Positions 1 through 12,621 of a DNA stretch of 64,000 bases are shown piece by piece. The DNA comes from Vicugna vicugna (taxonomy: Eukaryota). Positions within the stretch are counted from its first letter, which is position 1, and each line of letters opens with the position of its first letter. Location of the stretch: contig MU060796.1 of the NCBI GenBank assembly GCA_013265495.1, positions 1,059,104 to 1,123,103 of the forward strand, in the 5' to 3' direction. Made by a program: the position numbers and the translations under genes. Under the pieces are notes generated by a model. That model was not told the origin of the DNA, did not search any database, and saw only the letters and a list, made by a program, of their open reading frames with translations.

Positions 1-1074
1 AGTGCTGGCTCCCCCCAAAACCTGTACACCCTCTCCCCACCACCCCGCTCCTTATTCTACCCCTGCTCAGTTCTGAGTTCCCAAATAGACTAGTAGCACA
101 CCAGCCTTTGCCTTAGAATCTTCTCTTAGGGGAATCCAGGCAAAGACAAGGTTTTAATCAGAAATAATCAGGTCCCAAAAGGCTAGAGATTTGAACTGGG
201 TTTTTAAGTAGAAAATAGAAATAGCTTGGCAGAGAGAAATGGGACAAGGAACCCCAGAAAGACAGGGAGAAAAATTAAGCCAAAAGAGAGAGAGAGAGAG
301 ACAAAGAAAACCCTCAATTTGCCAGTTAGCCCACTGCCTTGCTCTCAGAAAGTTCCAAATTGCCTTTACTTTCTCAGAATTTCAATCAAAGCTATTCCAG
401 AGGAAGCAATTTCTGCCAGCGCATGGTCTTCCCCACTGCCCAACCCAGGAGAAGCTCTCAAAACTTTAGCTAGAAGAACCCCAGCAGACATTAGCAATTT
501 AACTGGGGGAAAGAGAAAAAATCCAATCCACAGGTCATCACAATGTGTTCCATCCGACACAAATGGTTCACTCACCATTGGGACCCTAATGAGAATGTGG
601 CCCAGACGTGGCTGGGACTTTGAGACAAAGGAAGAGATGGTCAGGTCTCTACAGCAACCCATACTCACACAAACCAATGGAGCGGCAACAAAAACACATA
701 AGATTTCTCCAACGACACACAGACAACAATAAAATAAGACTTTTCCCTCCGATTTCAAAATTAATGAATTTTAAGGATCTCCTGGCTGCCTGAGCCACTC
801 GCTCTGTCTGACCTTCTCACACTGCTGGCCTTTCTCTCCAGGATGGAGTGAGGACAGGTCTTGGCTATGTGTGCCCACTGCCATTGGTCACCACCAGTGT
901 CACCATGCCACAAATTCAGGGCATAAGAGAGATGACTGGGGCAACCACAGCCCCCAGATTAGCAACAAATGGACCCAAGGGAAACTGGGTCCTGTCATCT
1001 CTTTCCTGGGACAAAAGGGGAGCAACATTTGGTTTTTGGTTTTTTACGGTAAAATACACAGAACAAAAAAATTG

Positions 1075-1550
1075 ACTCTTATAATCATTTTTAAGTGTAC
1101 AGTTCAGTGGCATTAAGTCCATTCACATTGCTGGGCTACCATCACCTCCATCCATCTCCAAAACTCTTTCCATCTTGGACAAATGAAAGTCTGCAGCCAT
1201 TAAACACTAACTCCTGATTTCTCCTCCCCACAGCCCCTGGTACCCACCACTTTACTCTCTCATCTGTACGATTTTGACTACCCCAAGTTCCTCCTCTAAG
1301 TGGAATCATACAGCAGTTGCCTTTTTATGACGGGCTTCTTCCACTTAGGGTAACGTCTTGAAGGCTCATCCATGTGCTACTGTATGTCAGAACCTCCTTC
1401 CTTTTTAAGGCTGAATAACATTCCATTGTGTGGGTAGACATTTTGTTTATCCATTCACCCATCAATGGACGTGTGAGTTGTTTCCACCGCTGCTCTAGGC
1501 CCAGATGCACAAATATCTCTTCGAGATTCTACTTTCAATTCTTCGGGGCA
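1075..1550 (-). mobile_element. L1M (L1MA/MB-type) 3' fragment
   Basis: TTTTAAGTGTACAGTTCAGTGGCATTAAG...CATTCCATTGTGTGG...TTTATCCATTCA, the antisense of an L1 3' UTR/ORF2 end. Confidence 0.8.
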
Positions 1551-1699
1551 AATGGGGAGGGAACATTTTTGTCACTACAAGTGGCTCCGCCCTAAGCCTG
1601 AAGGGAGGAGGCAGGAGAGTTGTTGAGAACACAGAGTTTGCTGTCGGGCAAAACTGGCTTCCAATCCTGGTTCTCCCCGTTACACTACAGACTGATAAA

Positions 1700-1895
1700 G
1701 AATTAACACTTGGTGGGCATTTACTGTATCAAAACATTCTTCTCAGTTCTTCTGCATATGGTATTAGCTTCCTTAATCTTCACAGCAATTCTATGAGGTA
1801 GGTACCTTTTTACAGGGGAAGATGGGACATGGAAGTTAAGCAGTTTACCTGGATCTAAATAAGTCCTAGAGGCCAGATTTGAATTCAGGCAGTCT
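1700..1895 (-). mobile_element. MIR SINE
   Basis: CTTAATCTTCACAGCAATTCTATGAGGTAGGTAC...GATTTGAATTCAGGCAGTCTG, reverse of the MIR core. Confidence 0.75.
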
Positions 1896-1914
1896 GGTTC
1901 CAGATCTCATATAA

Positions 1915-1990
1915 TGATAATGAGAAGAAGGAAGAGGAAGAGGAGGAGGGAGAGGAGGAGAAAGGGAGGAGGATGGTAATGATGGTGAAG
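1915..1990. repeat. GAG/GAA purine-rich low-complexity tract
   Basis: GAAGAAGGAAGAGGAAGAGGAGGAGGGAGAGGAGGAG. Confidence 0.85.
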
Positions 1991-2099
1991 ATTCAAGGAA
2001 AATTGAGTCATCACCTCTCTCCTGGGGCAGAAGAGGGCCAACACTTTTTTTTTTTTTCAACATTGGTGAAAAACATTTCAGGATGGTGATGGTGATGAC

Positions 2100-2325
2100 T
2101 TAGCCAACACTTCTTAGTGCTCACTCCGTGTCAGACACTGTTATAGCATCTTCAATGAACTGAATCATTTGCCCCTAACTACTCTCTGAAGTAAGTGTAC
2201 GATTTCCCTGTGTCTCTCACAAGGAAGCTGACTTTCCAAATGGTTTCATAACTTGGACCGAGTCATGTGGTGAACAAGAGGAGGATCCAGGATCCAAACC
2301 CAGATCCTTCTGTGAGCCAAGTCCT
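2100..2325 (-). mobile_element. MIR SINE
   Basis: Degenerate reverse MIR core with GGATCCAAACCCAGATC end. Confidence 0.6.
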
Positions 2326-5300
2326 CCTTCACGTGTTCATTTAATCACTGATCTCAGCACGATTCCCTCTAAAGAATGTGGAAGGACTCAGAGCAAAGAG
2401 CCCATGTGTTCTCCAAACTTCTAGCATGTTCTTGTGGCCAGGGCAGACATTCCAGGGACATCTGGCAGAGAGGCCATGAAGTGTGACATGCGGAAATGAG
2501 GAAGAGGAAATGCCACAGAGGCTGCAGATGAGGAACAGATTTGGGGGCATTTGGAGAGCGAGCATCTCTGCTGCAGCGGCAGGATGTGTGAGGACCAGAG
2601 AAAGAGAAAGGGGGGTCTTAGGAAGTGTGGCTCCAGATTATGAATTAGAGCCACATGGAAATGTTTTGAGAGCCACAAGTAAAAGTTCAGATTCTTTGTC
2701 AATTCTGTATAGTTTTTATTTCGGACTCTGTTTCTCTAAACACCACACTGAGGTAAGACTGAGCCACATGGGACCTCATGTTGTATTTGGGTTAAACCAG
2801 CTGAATAACCATATTTGTTGGATACTCTTTAGGTGCCAGGCCCTGGGTTTATGGCAATAACTGAGTCAGAGGTGTCCCTCCTCACAGATCTGGAAGCTCA
2901 GCAGAGAGCTGGCTCAAAGCAGGAAATGGGGCTGCTCAGAGATACTTGGGGTTCAGGGAGTGCTACAGCTTCTTTCTCTTCCTCCTCTTATGAACCATGT
3001 GTGGGAATCTCCAAGTGCGTCCAAGCCATCCTTTGGTGAGGATGTCTGTCCCTGGGGCCTCTCCTCTGTCCTGCTCTATCCCTCATGGCTGGGCCCTCTT
3101 CCCCTCCTTCCCATCCCCCTCCTCTCTCCCACTCTCCTGCCCCCATCCCGCTCCAGTCCTGAAGGGGAGTCCAGCTCCCACCTCAGCCCCCAGCCCAGGC
3201 TTCCATGGCGCACTTGAGACCTTCGGGCTCCCACTTCGCCCCCAAAGACTGATATTGCTCATCAATCCTTGGACCCAGTGACACCAAATGACTGCTCTTT
3301 GCCTCAAATTCTTTTCACTCTAACCTCCTCTTTCCTCTTACCCAGTGTTCTCCAGTCTTTCAGAAACTGCTTTTTCATTTTCCAATAGCTCTTACTGGTC
3401 TTCTCTGATTTCAAAATGTTTACATGCCCATGGCACAAAAATTGAAAACTAAAAAGGACAAAGAAAACAAACAGCCCTGAAACCCTCTACCTGGAGATCA
3501 CCATCATTAGCCACCATGTTGCTGGGAAATCCTGCAAGAGGTCCCCACATAAAGATGAAGAAACTGAGACACAGAGAGGCTAAGTGACTTCTCTACTGTC
3601 ACCTAGAGCGAGGATCCAGGTCTGTCTGACTCCGGTGCCTTTGCTCTAAAACTCTCCACTGCCCTGCTGTCCTCTTTCAGACCTTCCAGGGCTCTGGTCC
3701 CTGGGGGCCACGTTCCTTCTCCAGCCCAGACGGAGCGGGTGCAGGCAGTCTGCAATTAGCTACATGCCTTCAGCCCAGGGCAACAATCACCCACTCTGGT
3801 GTGTGTGAGATACTCTTCCTCATCCTCACCCTACAAAGCATCTCCTCACGCAGGCCTCGTGCCAACGTGAAGGAAAGTCAGTGCCTGAAACTACTACACA
3901 CAGTTCAGCATCCACCCGCTGTGGCCCCTCTGGGAGGCAGAAGGCAAATCTGGGGGAAAGACTTTGGAAACATGCAGGCAGGTACTGTGAGTCATCGCTT
4001 CCTCCCTTGCAGGAATTGAGAAAGCTGTCCCAGCCACCCTACCACGCTGGCATTCCTGCCATCTCAGTTCATGAACAAATGACTTTGAAGGCACCAGGGA
4101 CACACTGTCCAGAGAATCAATCTGATGACTGCAGTGCTATGTCCACGCTGCTCTGAACACTTCCAGGTGCCCCCAACAGGCTCTTCATAATTCCCCTGGG
4201 AACAGGGACTCCCTGAGGCACCCAGTGGGATGCCAACCTTCCCACAATAATTTACATCAATGAATTCAGGACCTTAGCGGTGGCGTGTGTATACATACAC
4301 GCACACACACACGACCCATATTTATATCTATAATATGGGATTACTGTGATGACTTGTTTACCACTTACGTTCCCTACTCAACTGTGAGCTCCATGAGGAC
4401 AGACATGGTATCCAGAGTACCTACTGTGATAGCTTCATCTGGGAGCATGGACTGCATAGAGTAATGTGGGAAGGAACAAGCAGTCAACCTGCCTTGTCTT
4501 TGTGTGCTTCCCTCCCTGCCTCCAACTCTCCAGGCCTTTTGTCCCTAGTTCACGATAGTCAACATTCTGCTCAGTCACCAGCCAGCAGACTGCGAAACCT
4601 ACTGCCCACAGAACATCTAGCCTGGTTCCTGCTTTGGGGGAACTTACAATCTGGTTAGAGAGGTAGAACTGAAAAAGACATCAAATATTAACCACCTAAC
4701 ATTTAGTAGATATATTGGTTGGGTGACTTAGTTACAAGGAACAGAAACCCAACTCCAACAGAAATAAGCAAATAAGGAAACTGTACGGATTTCAGGAATG
4801 GCTGGATCCAGGACTCCTAGCAGTGTGCAAACATGTCATCAGGCTTAGTGTCTCCCTCTCCAGCCCTCCTGTATGTCTTTCATTATCTCACTGAATCTTC
4901 TCTTTGTGACAGCAAAGTGGCCATCTTCATCTACATTCCTATATCCCTCATGCTAAGCTTTCCCTAAAAGCCCATCTGGCTCCCCAGGGCTCCCTAGGCA
5001 GGCCCTCTGCTGAAGGATTCAAACTCCCTCCCCAGAGACCTTGAAGTCCAAGGGCTCAGCACTTGGATAATCTCCTTTTAAAGTGCTCTTCCTTCCTTCC
5101 TTCCGGCGTACACAATGGAGAAAGCCCCACCATCATAAATCATCCCAGGGCCATGAAAAGCCCACATCAAAAGCAACCGCTCCATTGGGATCTGGATTTG
5201 CTCTCACCGGAGCCTCAGAGCCAGGTTCCAGAGCTTGTACGATGAGGAGAAATGAAGGGGAGGGGGCAGGGGGAAGGAGAACTAAACTCCTCCAGGTTCA

Positions 5301-6184
5301 GCCATCAGGATGTTTTACATGCAGTTTCTTTGTTCCCCCTTCCCACCAGAAGAAATGGTGACCTCAACAACTTGGCAGGATGGACTACATGATCCAAAGG
5401 AACTAGAGCCAAAGGAAAATGTGTGCTCTTGTTCAAAATGATTAAGACTTTTAGGACAGCAACCACAGAGCATCCTAGCAAGCACATAGATCTGCACGCC
5501 CACAAGACCAGCCCTGTTCAGCGGAAATTCCTAAACCAATGACTGGTGTCCTTTGCCTGTTCTGTCTCCAATACTCACCACCACCACCCCTTTCCAATCT
5601 CCTTGTTTGGTTTTTTTCCCATTTTTTGTATCATGCGCTGAAAATATTTTTCAATTTGTTCCTGTCTGTGTTCCTATCTGAGTCCCCAGGAGAATGTAAG
5701 CTCAGAGAGTGCAGGGATCCAACCGACCTTGAATGCCACTGCATTCCTGGTGTCCAGTACAGGGCGGGCCATGCAGAGAGTGCTCAGGCAAAGTTTGGAG
5801 ATGAGCAGATGAGCCACTCCAGCCTGCTGGGTGGACTCAGAGGATGAGAGGGTCTCCATGCTAGGCTCACACCCTCTCTCCTGGGGATGGTTTTAGCATC
5901 AGGCCCACTGCTGCTCTGCCTTTCAGCTCTAACAGCCACATCAGAAAACCCACACAGTTTGCCCTTTAGGCCAACTTTCCAGGAAGAGGATATCTTGCGG
6001 GAATTAAAGAAAGGTGGGATGTCAAACAAAACCCCATCAATAAGTCCCTGGCATGCCTGAATGGCTCTGCCTGCCACTAGGTCCAAATGTCAGAAAGGGA
6101 AACCACTTACAAAATACCCGACCCTGAATTTCATTCCCCAATGCCACTGCACAGTGCCCTGTGCCAAAAAAAATAAAAAATAAA

Positions 6185-6905
6185 AACTCTGGCAAACTGT
6201 TTAGTAATATCTAGTGACACTTAATATATGTATATCTTATGCCCCACTCCTAGGTATACACACAACAGAACTGCATATAGATGTCCACCAAAAGGCACGA
6301 GCCAGAATGTTCCTAGCAGCACTATTCATGAAATTGCTCAGACACCCATCAACAGGAGAGTAGATAGATAAATTGTAAACAAGACTTGATGTAGTAATGA
6401 GAATAAACAATTTACAACCGCAAGAAACAAGATGGATGGATCTTTAAAATTTTTTTTAATTGAAGTAGAGTTGATTTACAATGCTGTGTTAGTTTCAAGT
6501 GTACAGCAAAATGATTCAGTTTTACATATATATGTATGTGTATATATATATATATGCATTCTTTTTCAGATTATTTTCCATTATACACGATTGGATGAAT
6601 CTTACAAACATAATATTGAGAAGATACTTGAAACAAAAAAATACAAGATGTGTGACTGCTTCCATAAAGTATAAAACTAGGCAGAACTAGTCTCTGCTAT
6701 TGGAAGTCAGGCTGGTGGGTACTTGGTGGGGAGAAGGGGATGGAGCGACCAGAAGAAGACCCAGGGGGCTCCTGAGGGACATTATCTTCTGGTTCCTGAT
6801 GTGGATGCTGGTTATGTGGGGGTTTTCACTTTGTGAAAATAAATGTGTTCTACACTTACGATACATGCATTTCATGTGTGTATATTATCCTTCAATGAGA
6901 TGTTT
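6185..6905 (+). mobile_element. L1ME/MD-type 3' fragment, split by a younger L1 piece
   Basis: CCACTCCTAGGTATAC...GAATGTTCCTAGCAGCAC...GGATGAATCTTACAAACATAATATTGAG...GAAGTCAGG, typical old L1 3' end. Confidence 0.75.
6445..6591 (-). mobile_element. Young cetartiodactyl-type L1 3' end (5'-truncated)
   Basis: TTTTTTTTAATTGAAGTAGAGTTGATTTACAATGCTGTGTTAGTTTCAAGTGTACAGCAAAATGATTCAG. TSD TGGATG(G/A)ATCTT. Confidence 0.85.
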
Positions 6906-6974
6906 AAAATGTTATTGGAAAAGGAAAAGTCATAAGTGTTCAGCAAAGCATGAGCTACGTGTATGAGCAGATCA

Positions 6975-7160
6975 CAGCTGGTAAGACTAGGGGTGACTCT
7001 GGAACCAGAGGCCTTAGTGTGACTCTCGCTTTGGCCACTTGTTAGCTGTGTGACCTCAGGCAAGTTATTTAACCTCTCTGTGCCCCAGTTTTCTTTATCT
7101 ATAAAATGAGGGAAACAACAGTCCCTATCTTAAAACCGCACCTAGACGTGGTAAGTGTTA
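6975..7160 (+). mobile_element. MIR SINE
   Basis: CCACTTGTTAGCTGTGTGACCTCAGGCAAGTTATTTAACCTCTCTGTGCCCCAGTTTTCTTTATCTATAAAATG core. Confidence 0.85.
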
Positions 7161-7274
7161 TAGCCACGTGTTACTTTTTATGGATAGAAATATGATGATG
7201 GAAGTAATATATCAAACCATAATAATAAATGGGGAAGATGTCTTTTAAAATATATTATATTTATACTTATATGC

Positions 7275-7435
7275 CTAAGCCCTTAATTATGTGTTCTAAG
7301 CACTTTATATGTATTAAGTCATTTAATTCTCCTCCTGGCCTTTTACAGATGGAGAAATTGAGGCTTAGAGAGGCCAGGTAACTTTCCCAAGGACAACCAG
7401 AGAGGAAGAGGCAAAGCTGGGATTTGAGCACATGC
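7275..7435 (-). mobile_element. MIR SINE
   Basis: TTTTACAGATGGAGAAATTGAGGCTTAGAGAGG...TTCCCAAGG. Confidence 0.75.
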
Positions 7436-8579
7436 TGTTATCCAATAAGTCAGGTGAAGATGGAACCTGGATTATAATCCACATATACCTTGATTGACGG
7501 TGGAAGACCATGTCAAAAAACAGAGCCGTCCCTGGCACCCGATGAGCCAATAAAAACAATGCTCCCGGCCAAGAGGTGGATTTAATGAGGGGAAGAAACA
7601 AGCTGTGGGAGCCCCGTGCCGGCGAGAAGGAGGTGAGCCCATGGATCTGAGCGGAGGAAAGACATCATTACCCAATTAAGATTTCACTTTCAGGAGTAAG
7701 CTCCCAAATGCAGAGGGCACAGGCAGGCACAAACCCTACAAAAGCCTGGGTTTTGGTTTTCCTGTTTCTCCTTCCCTTTTCCCTCAAAGCCAAGAGGAGC
7801 CAGGGATGGGGAGGGAGGTTAGAACCCACACATATCCCAGCACGCCAGCCTGCGCCCCGCCGAGCAACTTGAGTTGTCTACTGCTTCTAAACAGCTGGAA
7901 AAATGTCAGACTGTCATCAGTGATTAAAGTGGGATTTTCCAAAGGTTTCAAAAATATTTCAGAATTCAAGACCTTACTTCTCTTGCAGAAAAGAAATCCA
8001 GGCAGCAGTCCCTGGACAGATGCATCATGGGACTTTGGTATCCCTGCTGGAGTTCCTGTCTGGGTCGCCTGCCGTGGTGGAATCGGGTAGGCCTGGCCTT
8101 TGCTGTGCTTTCCAAGCAGGTCTTCTTGGCTGTTTCCACCCAACCCAGATGCATAGGCACACATGCGTAGGCCAGATGCTCCCCCAGGAGGTGTACAATT
8201 CTGTGATGGGTGTCCCTCTGCCCATCCAGCAGGCCTGCAAGGATCCCAAGGAACAGAAGGGGGCCTTACCCACCTCTGTGTGCAAGATCATTACATAATC
8301 TTCATGGCTCAGGGCATAAGGAAAATATGGGGCTGTTATTCAAAAGTTACTTAAGAATTTCAAGATGGTGACAGCAGAGCCTTAAACCAAGTGTCGGGTG
8401 CTTCTAAGCACATGACCACACGCCCGTGAAACCAGCCCTGTCTGCATGCCTGGGAACCTAGTCGGTGCTCAGGAAACGCTGACGGGACGTACACCTTGCC
8501 ATTATCATGAGCCCCTCCAAGTTTGTCCTTCTGCCCCCAGACTATTTTTCTTACACTTGCTGAGTGCGTGCTATGACAG

Positions 8580-8765
8580 GCGTTATTCTTAGCACCTGTG
8601 TAAGTACTAGCTTTACATTATTATCTTATATATCATTATACTGAGTTACTTTATCCTCAGTCAAGTGCAGTGAAGTTGGACCTATTATTGTCACAGATGA
8701 GGAAACACAGGCCTGGAGGACTGAGCCACATGCCCAAGGTCAGAAGTGGGTTTTGATTTCAGTGC
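8580..8765 (-). mobile_element. MIR SINE
   Basis: CACAGATGAGGAAACACAGGCCTGGAGG...TGCCCAAGGTCAG. Confidence 0.7.
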
Positions 8766-9561
8766 AGAAGGTCTGGCTGCAGACCCTCCCATGCCTTTGT
8801 CATCTTTGCATCCTCCCCCCTCGTCCACCCCAGAATGGGCCAAACTGTCAGTGGACACCTGTGAATTCCATCATGTAGACAACACTGCTGAGTGTTGGTT
8901 CTGGGCCAGGCCTGAGGTCTGGCCCTGAAGAGCAGTGATGATGTGACTTCCTCTTCCACACGCCAAGACTAAGATGGAGCAGCGGCTGGCAGGTCATGGG
9001 TTTGTCTTGGGGTGACATGCAAATACGCAATCACTGGCATAAGCTGGGAACTGACCAAATCAGAGTGGACCCCAGAAGATCGGGAGGCCCCTACCATGAC
9101 TGCTTTACTCCCTTTGGCTGCTGAATCATTGGGCCAGGGAAAAAGGGGGTTAGCTGGGGCAGCAGGAGAGCCCTGGGAGGCTCAGGGTAGAGAGAAGAGA
9201 GTGTTTCCAACAAACTCCGCAAGTACGCAGAGCTGAATATCTGCCTGCCCCCTGCTCCCCGCCCCGTGATTACAGAGTTCTCCATTGTGTTCCAAAGAGT
9301 GTCCTGCTAACTCCAATTTCTAAAAGTCAACTTGAATCCACAAACACTTGGCATCCTTACAGAATGCCATTAACTGAGGAAGTGCCTGAGGGGACAGCAG
9401 ATAAAGGAAAAATGCAGCATTCTGGAATAAGATTGAGACTGGGCCTGGCGCACCGTAGGTGTTCAGTTAACACCTATTAAATTGAGCTAAAAGGAAATCA
9501 GGAGCGCTACCCCATAACGTACAAGCCCAGTTAGGAGCATTGATCCAGCTCTGAAAGTCAT

Positions 9562-10235
9562 TGTATTCGCTACCCATTGCTGTGTAACAATTATTCTGAA
9601 ACATAGCAGCTTAAAACAAGGATCTGCAGACTTTTCCGTAAAGGGGTAGAGAGTAAATATTTCAGACTTGTGGACTCTATGGTCTCCACTCAATAGCTGT
9701 TGGAACCCGAAAGCAGCCATAGACAATCTGTACATGAACGGCCATTCCTGTGTTCCAATAAAACTTTATTTACAGAAACAGGCGGCCAGCCCACCTGTGG
9801 TTTCCCAACTCCTAACTTCAAACAACAAACATTCATTATTTCACAGTTTCTGTGAGTCAGGACTCCAGGTGCAGCTTAGCTGGGTGCCCCTGGCCCCAGG
9901 CTTCTCAGGTGGCTGTCCCATGGTAAGCCAGGACTACTGTCCCCTGAAGACTCAGCAGGGACCAGAGACTCCACTTCCAAGCTCACCCACGTGGTGGCCA
10001 GCAGGCCTCAGTTCCTTGCCAGGTGGGCCTCTCCATCACTATCTGAGCACCCTCACAGCACGGCAGCTGGGAATCCCAGAGACAGAGAGTCAGAAAGTGC
10101 TTAAGATAGAAGCCACAGTCTTTTTATAACCTCATCTCAGAAGCCACATCCCATTGCTTCTATAGTATTTTCTTCAATAGAAGCAAGTCAGTAAGTCCAG
10201 TTCATACTCAAAGGGAGGACTCCACCTGGACAAGC
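9562..10235 (-). mobile_element. ERVL-MaLR solo LTR (MLT1F/G-like), interrupted by MER58A
   Basis: TGTATT...ATTGCTGTGTAACAA...CACAGTTTCTGTGAGTCAGG...CAGAAGCCACAGTCTTTTTATAACC. Confidence 0.8.
9617..9814. mobile_element. MER58A hAT-Charlie MITE
   Basis: GTAAATATTTCAGAC...AAAGCAGCCATAGACAA...TGTGTTCCAATAAAACTTTATTTACA. Degenerate 8-bp TSD GCTTAAAA/ACTTCAAA. Confidence 0.85.
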
Positions 10236-11289
10236 ACACCGGGAGCTGAGGATCACCGGGGGCCATCTTGGAGGCTGGCTGTCACCTTGCCATTCATTCA
10301 ACAAACCTACCACACAACACCTGGAGCCAAGTACTGGGAATACAGTGAGACAAGACACACACCATCCCTGGCTTCCTGGTACTGCCAATATAAATTTTTC
10401 CTAAAACTCTTTTTATTCGATAATAAAAGAGAGAAAGAGAAACAAAATAAGAAAAAAAAATTGAGAAAGATCCCCATTTGATAAAAAAAGATTTCTAAGA
10501 ACTCATAGATGTCTACCTAGCTCAACCAACCATCCCTATAATAGAGATTAAAAACCCAAATGCCTACGGGAGCCAGCCAGGCAGCATGAAAAAGTGAGCA
10601 GTTCTGCGCAACAAAGAACTGCCTCCCATCTCAAGGGAACTGTCACCCCATTCAAGGTCCTATTGTGGACCCGCCAGAATTTGGGTGGGACAGTGCTGCC
10701 AGAACTGACTTTTCAAGCAAAGCTCAAAATTAGGATTTTATATTAAATCTCCTAACCTTTAAAGATGGGCAATGGTGAGATGGTGTTTCTGTTCATCTAT
10801 TCCCTGTCTGTCTCAGCTTAGTTTTCCCCCACCTCACGTCCTGTGAAAAGGCTTACCTGCAGGTGATTTATACGAGAAGTGATCCCAGAAGTGAGAGAGA
10901 GAAGGAAGAAAACCACACAAAGTTGTGTTCTTGGGCTGACCACTGCTACAGGGGCTGGATGCTGTGAGGACCTTCCGGGGCACTGATGGCATGCAGCTCA
11001 GAACTACCTGCTCTGGGAATGAAAGGGGAACCATTTATCCATCCACTCCCTCCCCTTTGACCCCAAATTGCACTTTCAGGTGGCATGAATGTGGGTGCTG
11101 ATGGGTTCCTGCTGGCATCCCAGGGCCATCAGAGAAGCAAGAGGTCCCTAGTGGGGGCTGTCAGGCTGGACCTGCTCAAGATTGTCAAAGCAGAGCCTGG
11201 AATAGGATAAGGCTGAAAGGATTTTAAGCACTACCCAAGAGGGATCCCTCGGCGTGGTGCTCCCCACAAGGGGCATACGCATCCTTGTC

Positions 11290-11590
11290 CTGCTGAATGC
11301 AAGCTTGGCCACATGATGGCTCTGGCCAATTAATATGAGCAGAAGTAACATGTGTCACTGCCAAGCAGGAGCTTCAAGAACGAGTATGCAATTCACTGTG
11401 CTCTCCTGACCTCTGTCATGACAAGCAACAACACTCCAGATGGAAGTTGCTCTGTCACACTGGGTCCTGGAGTGAAGATGACATAGATTAGAGCCATAGC
11501 CAATAGCAGGTAGAGCACATGACCATCAGCCGTTAAGTTTTGAGGCTTATTTTTCACTGCAGCAAAGCCCAGCCTAACCTGACTGATGAA
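11290..11590 (+). mobile_element. MaLR LTR (MLT1J/K-like)
   Basis: GGCCACATGATGGCTCTGGCCAAT...GCAGAAGTAACATGTGTCAC...CTGGGTCCTGGAGTGA...GCAAAGCCCAGCCTAACCTGACTGA. Confidence 0.7.
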
Positions 11591-12166
11591 ACAATCAAAC
11601 CCAAAAAGAATTTCAAAACTCTGCAAGATGACTAAAACAAGCAGGCATTAGTCTTAGGATACCATTTGGAGGTCTCTATCTCAGAAAAACAAAATTCTAG
11701 CTTAATAAATGTATTAACATGATCTTTGAAGCTCATTTTGCAAGCTGTGGGTTGGGGAGGGTGGTCTCTGCTCTGTACCATCATACCATGGCCTTGGTGC
11801 CAGCCATGAGCAGACAAGGCTTAAGGAACTAGGCCTCCTTCCAGGTCCTTCAGGCTAATAAGCATAGGGAGAGAGTGAGATGGATGTATCAAGCAGAAAG
11901 GATGGGCAGATTTGGGGGGTAAGTGGGTTGCAAAGAGAAAAAGGAGGCATCAGGCTAAAGGGCTGAATTGTATGATGTCTCTTTTCACTGACAAGAAGGG
12001 ACAAAGACTCATATATTTACTTTTTGTAAGTTCATCAGGACTTCTCAGATCAGGTTTAGCAACATCCCCAGATAAATATCAATATACAGGCTGAGTACAG
12101 AATTATTGAACACATGAAGCTCTTTCCCTGTCACAGGCCCTTTGCACATGCTGTTCCTTCTGTTTA

Positions 12167-12495
12167 GAGCAACACCATGCAATAGAAATATCATATGCGC
12201 CACAAATATAATTTTACACTTTCTAGTGCCCACTTGGAAAGGTAAAAAAGAAGCAGGTGAAATTAATTTTAATATTATTCTTTCTTTAACACGATATACC
12301 CAAAATATTACCATTTCAATGTGCAATTGATATTTTTAAAAAAGAATGAGCTATTTTACATTCTTTTCTTTTTATACTAAGTCTTTGAAATCTGGTGGGT
12401 ATTTTACACTTTCCGCTTATCTCAGTTTGGACCAGCTGCATTTCAAGTGGTCTATAGCCACATGTGGCTAGTGGCTACTGTACTGGACAGAACAG
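12167..12495. mobile_element. MER33 hAT-Charlie MITE
   Basis: CAATAGAAATATCATATGCGCCACA...CAGGTGAAATTAATTTTAAT...TAGCCACATGTGGCTAGTGGCTACTGTACTGGACAG. Confidence 0.9.
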
Positions 12496-12621
12496 CTTTA
12501 AAATACACTTCCCCCAGACTTTTCATAACGAGCTCCATCTCAGCTAACACATCACCTCCTCACAAATGTGCGATTGTGCTATCTAAAGTAACAGCTCTCT
12601 TACCCCCATCACATCCCGCTA

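Noticed and set aside
226-758. Overlapping 168-aa (+) and 130-aa (-) ORFs
   Set aside because: No recognisable homology, weak or TTG start, includes GAGA-repeat-derived residues; more consistent with non-coding DNA.
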